Positions 58,323 to 64,000 of a stretch of 64,000 nucleotides of DNA are shown here, piece by piece (position 1 is the first letter of the stretch; each line of letters starts with the position of its first letter). The notes below the pieces were generated by a model. That model was not told the origin of the DNA, searched no databases, and saw only the letters and a list, made by a program, of their open reading frames with translations. The stretch lies in the IMG/VR virus record IMGVR_UViG_3300028920_000001, positions 310,001 to 374,000 of that record, one strand, 5' to 3'. A program made the position numbers and the translations under genes.

Positions 58323-59246
58323 TTATTTCTCCATCTGTTCGTTCCAGAGTTCTACGACCTCCCACGCTTCATTTACAGCGTGATATTGTTTAACCAGCTT
58401 GTCACTTCCATTGTTCCGATCCGGATGATACCTTGCGGCCAATCTTTTGTAAACCGATCTGGCTCTTTTAATATCGACTTTATGTCTACCTCTAGGTCTA
58501 GAGATACCGAGGGTTTCGCAGGCGTTACGGATGGCAGTAACAGTAATAGTGTCGGTGTCAGAAGGAGTGAAATCCCGCCTAAGATTTCTAATTTTCTTGA
58601 GAAGATCTTCATAGGTGACGCGGACTTCGTACTCGAAATCTTCAACTAGCCCTCTTCTTACATCAGGTTCAATACCTTCTAATCTTACATTGACGAATGT
58701 ATCTGTTAACGCCTTGATACTGGCGTAAAACATTCGGGCGTTGTCGGCTCTAAGATCTTCAGGATTGATTTCTGGAATTGAAGGTTTTGTTTTTTTAGAT
58801 TTAGGTTTTTTGGGTGGTCGTCTTCGATGAATATACCCGTCTTTATTAGGATAATCTATGTATTTATCTGAAAAATATTCCTCAAGGAATTCTTTTAATT
58901 TGGTAGGATCTCCTTTGGCTTTTTTTCCAAGAACATAAGCTGTAGCCAGGGGCATTTTTCTAACCGCGATGGCATCCCATAGTGGTTTGGCTAGATCCCC
59001 CATTAATAAAATTCCGGCTCTCTTGGCAGGGCCATATGTATTTTTTGCTCCAATTTCTACAAACCATTGACTTCTTCTTAGAGGAGTTTTATCTCCTTTG
59101 TCACGTCGGTTAATGCTATAGAAGGACCAAACTTTTCTTTCAAGTTTAGCTATTTTATATTGATTGGTTGGGATGTCTTTTTCATACTCTTCAAGTAATT
59201 CAAGGATTAGCTCTTCTACATGCTTATCAAGGTTCTGCAGATTCAT
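58323..59246 (-). CDS. Module protein B2: C-terminal J-domain (HPD) protein
   Basis: YKRLAARYHPDRNNG...YHAVNEAWEV. Confidence 0.85.
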   Translation of the reverse strand: MNLQNLDKHVEELILELLEEYEKDIPTNQYKIAKLERKVWSFYSINRRDKGDKTPLRRSQWFVEIGAKNTYGPAKRAGILLMGDLAKPLWDAIAVRKMPLATAYVLGKKAKGDPTKLKEFLEEYFSDKYIDYPNKDGYIHRRRPPKKPKSKKTKPSIPEINPEDLRADNARMFYASIKALTDTFVNVRLEGIEPDVRRGLVEDFEYEVRVTYEDLLKKIRNLRRDFTPSDTDTITVTAIRNACETLGISRPRGRHKVDIKRARSVYKRLAARYHPDRNNGSDKLVKQYHAVNEAWEVVELWNEQMEK

Positions 59247-60117
59247 GTTGCTTTAGGTGCTTCACAACGGTTTCGATCTCTTTGAATAAAGAGTCCTCTT
59301 TTTTCATTTGAGAGGACATTTGATTAATAAGATTCTTACCTCGAGAGTTAAATTCCATTACTTTTGCTAATAATTCTATAACTTGAAGTTGGGTCTTGTT
59401 GTCTACTTTCTTGTTGATTCCGGTGCAGAGTCGCATCAACCCTGCAGTTCGATCTGCACTTGCAGACGAAAGTTCTTGAATTGCGATCAATTTAGTATCA
59501 TATTCTCCGAGGAATTCAAGCTCAGTTTCAATCCCTTGGTTAATTTTGGTGGCAGTGCCGGCAATTTCTTTTAATTGTGATGTTGTGCCGTTTTGAAAGC
59601 TTTCTACTTTTTCTTCGAGTTCTTCAACTTTCTTATAAAGGTTGGTGGAGATTTGAATTAAGGCAGCTACTCCTCTTATTAATTGATCTGCAGTGTTTTC
59701 TTCTTGTTCTTGGGTAACATCAGAACCTACGTTATGAGCTATGACTGGTTCTTCTTCAGGTTTTTCCTTCAGGGGATATTCATTTGGCCAAATTATGTGT
59801 TTGATATAAACAGTATCATTTGCTGCTTTAGTAAGCAATCCAATAGCTTTGTCCTTGTTTCCAATTTCGTAAGTTGTATTTCTAAGTGAACCACTTCTAA
59901 TTGCCAATTCTTCTTCAATCAGGCGACTCATTAATTTGCGCTGCCAGTCTTTTGACATGGCCATCTTGCGCATTTGTGGAACTTCTAAATCTCCGTCACC
60001 TCTTGGAGAGAATAATTCTTTCATTGAAAGCGGGTCCTTTGAACTAATCAGTCTTTCTAAGACTACTCCAGCCCAAAGGACCTTCGCTTCATTCTTATTT
60101 AAGTTACGTGAAACCAC
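59227..60117 (-). CDS. Module protein A2: wHTH-like plus coiled coil (paralog of 61505..62620)
   Basis: SMKELF...SKDWQRKLMSRLIEEEL; C-terminal heptads. Confidence 0.7.
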   Translation of the reverse strand: MVSRNLNKNEAKVLWAGVVLERLISSKDPLSMKELFSPRGDGDLEVPQMRKMAMSKDWQRKLMSRLIEEELAIRSGSLRNTTYEIGNKDKAIGLLTKAANDTVYIKHIIWPNEYPLKEKPEEEPVIAHNVGSDVTQEQEENTADQLIRGVAALIQISTNLYKKVEELEEKVESFQNGTTSQLKEIAGTATKINQGIETELEFLGEYDTKLIAIQELSSASADRTAGLMRLCTGINKKVDNKTQLQVIELLAKVMEFNSRGKNLINQMSSQMKKEDSLFKEIETVVKHLKQHESAEP

Positions 60118-60123
60118 GTTCTA

Positions 60124-60648
60124 TTATTCTTTTTCTTCCTGGACTGGAGGCAACAGTTTCTGAATTCGATCATCAGAAATCAGGTTACTGATTTTCTTGA
60201 CATTACGGACGAAGCTACGAAGTTTACGACCTTCAGGATTTGAGGTTGAAATCTTACGGGCATCGATCATGCCGAGGCTATTATCAACACTAACCTTGGC
60301 TGAGGCTAATCGCTTAGTACGGTCAGCTAAATCAAATCGAGCTTTATCTTCATCATTGACAGTGGCACGGTAGCCAACTCCGCGTTGGCAGATATACCCA
60401 CGTTGATATTCTTTGCGTAGAAGATCACGGGCTCGAGTCATACATGCCCGTACGCTATCTGCTTCCTTGGAAGTAGCACGTGGTGTATGATTATAACCAT
60501 TAATGGCTTTTACGATTTCCTGTGCCGGGAAATACTGATACCGCAAATTCTTAGCGGCCCAGTCGAGGAAATGAGCAACACGTTGAGTTAGGCTCATCCC
60601 AGGAAGTGACTGGTAATCCGCTACTGCCGCCTTTCGTTTCTTGGTCAT
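60124..60648 (-). CDS. Module protein C1
   Basis: RVAHFL...GYRATVNDEDKAR...LLPP. Confidence 0.8.
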   Translation of the reverse strand: MTKKRKAAVADYQSLPGMSLTQRVAHFLDWAAKNLRYQYFPAQEIVKAINGYNHTPRATSKEADSVRACMTRARDLLRKEYQRGYICQRGVGYRATVNDEDKARFDLADRTKRLASAKVSVDNSLGMIDARKISTSNPEGRKLRSFVRNVKKISNLISDDRIQKLLPPVQEEKE

Positions 60649-61508
60649 AGCTTCTCCTTATTCAAGGAATCATTGTATTCCTTGAGAATTTCGTGTGCTC
60701 CTACTGCTTCTTCAAACAAATCCCTAGTCTCTTCATTGCCACCGTGAGCATCAGGATGATACAACCTGGTGAGTCTTTTCATTTGTTTAGTAGCTTGTTT
60801 TAGATCTATTGGTTGATTAATTGGAGGCGAATCAATTTGTAGGATTTTACAAGCGCGAATCAATTTTTTTCGATCTATTGTAGTTCCGAATTTAATTTTG
60901 CTTTTTGCGGCTCGGGCAGCTCTGGATTGCCAACCCATGATTAATGTTTTCAAATCAATTTCAAATTCTCTTAGAAGATTATCTTTTTCAATTTCAAGTA
61001 AATCTCCGAGTTTTCCTTCAAGATGATCAGTGATCATCATTCTGATTTGTGCCCAGAATGGTTTATCTCCGTTTTCTCGAACAATTAAACCAATCCCAGT
61101 TTCAGTTTTTCTTTTAATGATTGGAAATTTTTTCTTAATTTGTTTTCCACTGGGGAGTCGTGCTTCATAGGATTTATTTTCATATTTATTGAATTCAATA
61201 TTTAGTGCTTTTTCAATTGGTTCTCCTCGTCTTTTAGCTGTAGTGATTATTCGATAAATAGTATGAAAAGGCATTCCATTTTCAAGTCTTTCCCAAAGAG
61301 GACTTGATAATCTAGGTGGTAACTTATAAATTGACCGTCGAGTTCGATATTGAATATCAGTGATTCCGAGAGTATGAACGACAGTTTTGGCTGCTCTTTT
61401 ACTGTTTTGGATACCTTTATAATGTTTCCAAAGGGTATACTCGAATTCAGCTTTCTCCTCTTGGGTGGAAAGTTTCTGATATTCTTCCACTAATTGACTC
61501 GTGTTCAT
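60645..61508 (-). CDS. Module protein B1: C-terminal J-domain (HPD) protein
   Basis: MKRLTRLYHPDAHGG...FEEAVGAHEIL. Confidence 0.85.
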   Translation of the reverse strand: MNTSQLVEEYQKLSTQEEKAEFEYTLWKHYKGIQNSKRAAKTVVHTLGITDIQYRTRRSIYKLPPRLSSPLWERLENGMPFHTIYRIITTAKRRGEPIEKALNIEFNKYENKSYEARLPSGKQIKKKFPIIKRKTETGIGLIVRENGDKPFWAQIRMMITDHLEGKLGDLLEIEKDNLLREFEIDLKTLIMGWQSRAARAAKSKIKFGTTIDRKKLIRACKILQIDSPPINQPIDLKQATKQMKRLTRLYHPDAHGGNEETRDLFEEAVGAHEILKEYNDSLNKEKL

Positions 61509-62620
61509 TTCTTGAAAATGCGGGTTTGGACTTTACGGTTAAGTTCAGAATCAAAAATAACTGCTTTAGTACGTTTAAATCCGAATTCTCTTAAAATATT
61601 AGCGATTTCTTTAGCTTCTTGTCCTTTTGGATTTATTTGAAGTTCCAGATAATTGCAAATATCTTTTATACTTACAGCAGATAAATTTTGAACAAAATCA
61701 GCAATATTTTTCCTCAATTCAATTTGTTTCAAATTTGGTTGGGGATAAACTGTATGAACATGAGTGTCATGTTTTTGACTAATTTTTCTGAGTTCAGTTT
61801 CAATTGCTTCTAATCTGGTTGAATGATACTCAAGAATTTGTAAATATTGAACTAGCTTTTCAAGAATTACTAATCCAACATTAGTTTGATCAGATTCTTT
61901 TAATTTTGGTTCTTGCTTTGATTCAAGAGCTACGGAATGTTTAAGTTGCTTGACATTTCTTTTTAGAAATCCAGGTGCAGTTACTCTTTGTGTGTATCGA
62001 TACCATTTAGGGAAAAGTAATTCAACAATTTTTTCGTTATCTGGTTGAATGACGGCTTTACCAACTCGAGCTTTATACTCAACCCATCTGGTCCAGCCTT
62101 TAACTGAACAAAATCCAGTAGCGACAAGCCGTTTCATAAAAGCTGATTGCCAACTTGCTGTTTCTTGAAATAAATCATCCCTTCTAATTGGTTTTCCTTT
62201 AGCAAGTTTTCTTACTACTTTTGTTGCGTCAATAAACTGAGTATGTTGCTCATCAGTTAGGCGTTGGAAAATACTGAGTGCATAAATATTTTCAAAATTG
62301 CTATCTGCAATGGCGGTTCCGCAAATAGCAACCTCTTGTGTAAGAGGATAATGGGATATAATTTGACGAATAGCTTGTTTTTCTTTAATTACATATGTAT
62401 CGGCATTACGTTCAATAAGCCCCTTTCCGGCTAAATGATACATACAGCCCTTTTGCCAATCTTTAGAGGCTGTCTTTTTTCTATTACCGATTCCTATAAA
62501 GATATCCTCGATGGTAACTGGTGCGTCAGTTTTAAGCATTTCTTTTAAGGCATTACGGATAATCTTCTCAAGGGCAGAGAGGGTTTTTTGATCCATAACT
62601 GAACTTACAAGTTGATTCAA
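61505..62620 (-). CDS. Module protein A1: two wHTH-like units, coiled coil, C-terminal HTH-like segment
   Basis: IEDIF...SKDWQKGCMYHLAGKGL and RDDLF...ASWQSAFMKRLVATGF. Confidence 0.7.
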   Translation of the reverse strand: MNQLVSSVMDQKTLSALEKIIRNALKEMLKTDAPVTIEDIFIGIGNRKKTASKDWQKGCMYHLAGKGLIERNADTYVIKEKQAIRQIISHYPLTQEVAICGTAIADSNFENIYALSIFQRLTDEQHTQFIDATKVVRKLAKGKPIRRDDLFQETASWQSAFMKRLVATGFCSVKGWTRWVEYKARVGKAVIQPDNEKIVELLFPKWYRYTQRVTAPGFLKRNVKQLKHSVALESKQEPKLKESDQTNVGLVILEKLVQYLQILEYHSTRLEAIETELRKISQKHDTHVHTVYPQPNLKQIELRKNIADFVQNLSAVSIKDICNYLELQINPKGQEAKEIANILREFGFKRTKAVIFDSELNRKVQTRIFKK

Positions 62621-62630
62621 TCAATTTACG

Positions 62631-62870
62631 ATGTACAGTTTGAATATGAATCATCAATTTGAAGAATATCAAGGTCCGGAGAAGCACAACAATCAATGGG
62701 AATTTACTAATGGGGATGATCGAATTCAAATTAATTTAGAAATGAATATTGTTTATGGAGATAAAATGAAAAAGTGTAAATACTGCGGACTCATGTATGC
62801 CGTGGAATTTGAACAGCCGAAATTTCAGACTTGTGAAGAAGTGTATGTTGATGAGGTAATGAAATCATGA
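62631..62870 (+). CDS. Small hypothetical protein with CxxC
   Basis: CKYCG...CEE; ends DEVMKS. Confidence 0.6.
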   Translation: MYSLNMNHQFEEYQGPEKHNNQWEFTNGDDRIQINLEMNIVYGDKMKKCKYCGLMYAVEFEQPKFQTCEEVYVDEVMKS

Positions 62871-63352
62871 GTTCTAGTGTTCAAGCTCAGATTGATGATG
62901 ATATCCTTAAGCATTTGCTTAAGGGTTTAACTCAAACAGTATCTTCGATACCAATTTCAATCCAAACCAGGATTACTGAGTTTGTTGGGTTTGAATCAGA
63001 TATTTTATTAGCCAAGCGGCTTTACTCCGGTCTTTTAGGAAAGGGGACATTTCAAGGTCAAACAATCAAATTTGAAGATACGGAATATTCATTAAGCTGG
63101 GCTAGTGAATCTCAAATGCGAATTCCTCCCATTCAGATTCAAACTAATCCTAGTTTTAGTTTGGATCAGGTCAAGATGGTTTATAATAAGCCTCAGTTTA
63201 TGGTTTATGAAGAACCAGTGAAGATGGGTACCGAAAATCCATTGGTTGAACTTCGTAATGCACTCATACGTTGTCATCGAGAAGGTATTTCAATCAAACA
63301 AGTAGATGAAACTTATGTGTTAGCAGTAGCTCAATGGGTAATGGATCAATGA
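62867..63352 (+). CDS. Hypothetical protein
   Basis: ATGA coupling; ends QWVMDQ. Confidence 0.65.
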   Translation: MSSSVQAQIDDDILKHLLKGLTQTVSSIPISIQTRITEFVGFESDILLAKRLYSGLLGKGTFQGQTIKFEDTEYSLSWASESQMRIPPIQIQTNPSFSLDQVKMVYNKPQFMVYEEPVKMGTENPLVELRNALIRCHREGISIKQVDETYVLAVAQWVMDQ

Positions 63353-63759
63353 TTTTAAGGGTTGTTCTTGACAAAATAAATGCGGGGTCACCGCCGGCCG
63401 TCCAATATCAAAAAAATGAAAAGGATAAGTGTCTTATTTCAGTTGATGATAAGACAGCTGCTACACCTTGGTCTAATGTAAAAGATACTACTTTTTCAGT
63501 CCCTTTACATCATTTAGATGCGAATGAAGCTAAACAATTTTTAAAGGATCGATTTGCTTGCTTGAATGAAGATGGTTGTATTATGGTTCCTTATATGAGT
63601 CCTGTAAATGGAGAGGTTGTATTTGGATTAGTATATTATCCTAAAAGAACATTCATGTCATTTGATAACAATCATAATATGGCACAACCATTTGAACCGA
63701 ATGTTTTAGTAGATTATTTAATTAATATTATGCTAGTAGATGAAGTTATGGATAACTAA
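63349..63759 (+). CDS. Hypothetical protein
   Basis: Start set at the ATGA overlap; ends DEVMDN. Confidence 0.65.
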   Translation: MILRVVLDKINAGSPPAVQYQKNEKDKCLISVDDKTAATPWSNVKDTTFSVPLHHLDANEAKQFLKDRFACLNEDGCIMVPYMSPVNGEVVFGLVYYPKRTFMSFDNNHNMAQPFEPNVLVDYLINIMLVDEVMDN

Positions 63760-64000
63760 GGATTAGCTAAATCAGTAGTATTTCCAGTATCAGCTCGAGC
63801 CTTCAGTTTTCCATCTCCTGAGTCTGCCCAAACATACCAAGAACCAGTAGGTGGGGTTCCAGGATCAGAAATTGTTGAAAGTTCCAATAATGGACCCAAT
63901 ACTCCGGTAGCCCCTTGAGGTCCTGTAGCACCTATTGGGCCCGTTGGACCTATCGGTCCAGTTACAATTGACCCTGTTATTCCTTGTGGACCTACTGGCC
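63756..64000 (-). CDS. 3' end of a third collagen-like fibre gene (5' part outside window)
   Basis: Manual translation: [80 protein letters not shown]-stop (TAG 63756-58). Confidence 0.85.
   Translation of the reverse strand, partial: PVGPQGITGSIVTGPIGPTGPIGATGPQGATGVLGPLLELSTISDPGTPPTGSWYVWADSGDGKLKARADTGNTTDLANP

Noticed and set aside
1-64000. Eukaryotic giant virus (NCLDV) origin suggested by collagens and glycosylation genes
   Set aside because: A tail sheath, SD motifs, ATGA-coupled operons, a lipoprotein and a GT51 enzyme point to a bacteriophage; no NCLDV core genes are seen.
1-64000. Stop-codon reassignment as in some large phages
   Set aside because: The standard code gives dense, long ORFs, and TAG, TGA and TAA all terminate genes at sensible boundaries.
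1-64000. tRNA or other structured RNA genes
   Set aside because: No T-loop/D-loop cloverleaf patterns were found in the short intergenic gaps by eye; tRNAscan-SE/Infernal would be needed to exclude them fully.

Overview
A gene-dense, AT-rich segment that reads as the morphogenesis and accessory region of a large (probably jumbo) contractile-tailed dsDNA bacteriophage. Support: a 1571-aa tail sheath, probable neck/tail-completion genes, several HNH/Vsr-type endonucleases, Shine-Dalgarno sites and ATGA-overlapped operons, all in the standard genetic code. No capsid, portal, terminase, tRNA, rRNA or CRISPR array is visible. The centre holds a 2405-aa collagen-like fibre (about 755 Gly-X-Y triplets, two imperfections), a second collagen-like fibre, and directly downstream a seven-gene glycosylation/nucleotide-sugar operon (GT2-TPR-GT4 fusion, FkbM methyltransferase, GT4, cupin, NDP-hexose C-methyltransferase, UDP-glucuronate decarboxylase-like SDR, Gfo/Idh/MocA reductase). 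This suggests a virion decorated with very long glycosylated collagen fibres. Other notable items: a tandemly duplicated three-gene module built around J-domain (HPD) proteins; two endonuclease genes fused to a Mom-like GNAT domain; an actin/MreB-fold ATPase among virion genes; a membrane-anchored GT51 peptidoglycan transglycosylase; a partial CoaB-like gene; and two recurrent peptide tags on unrelated proteins (N-terminal IAxRIA-like, C-terminal [VI]Mxx-stop). All calls come from motif recognition by eye; no database searches were run.
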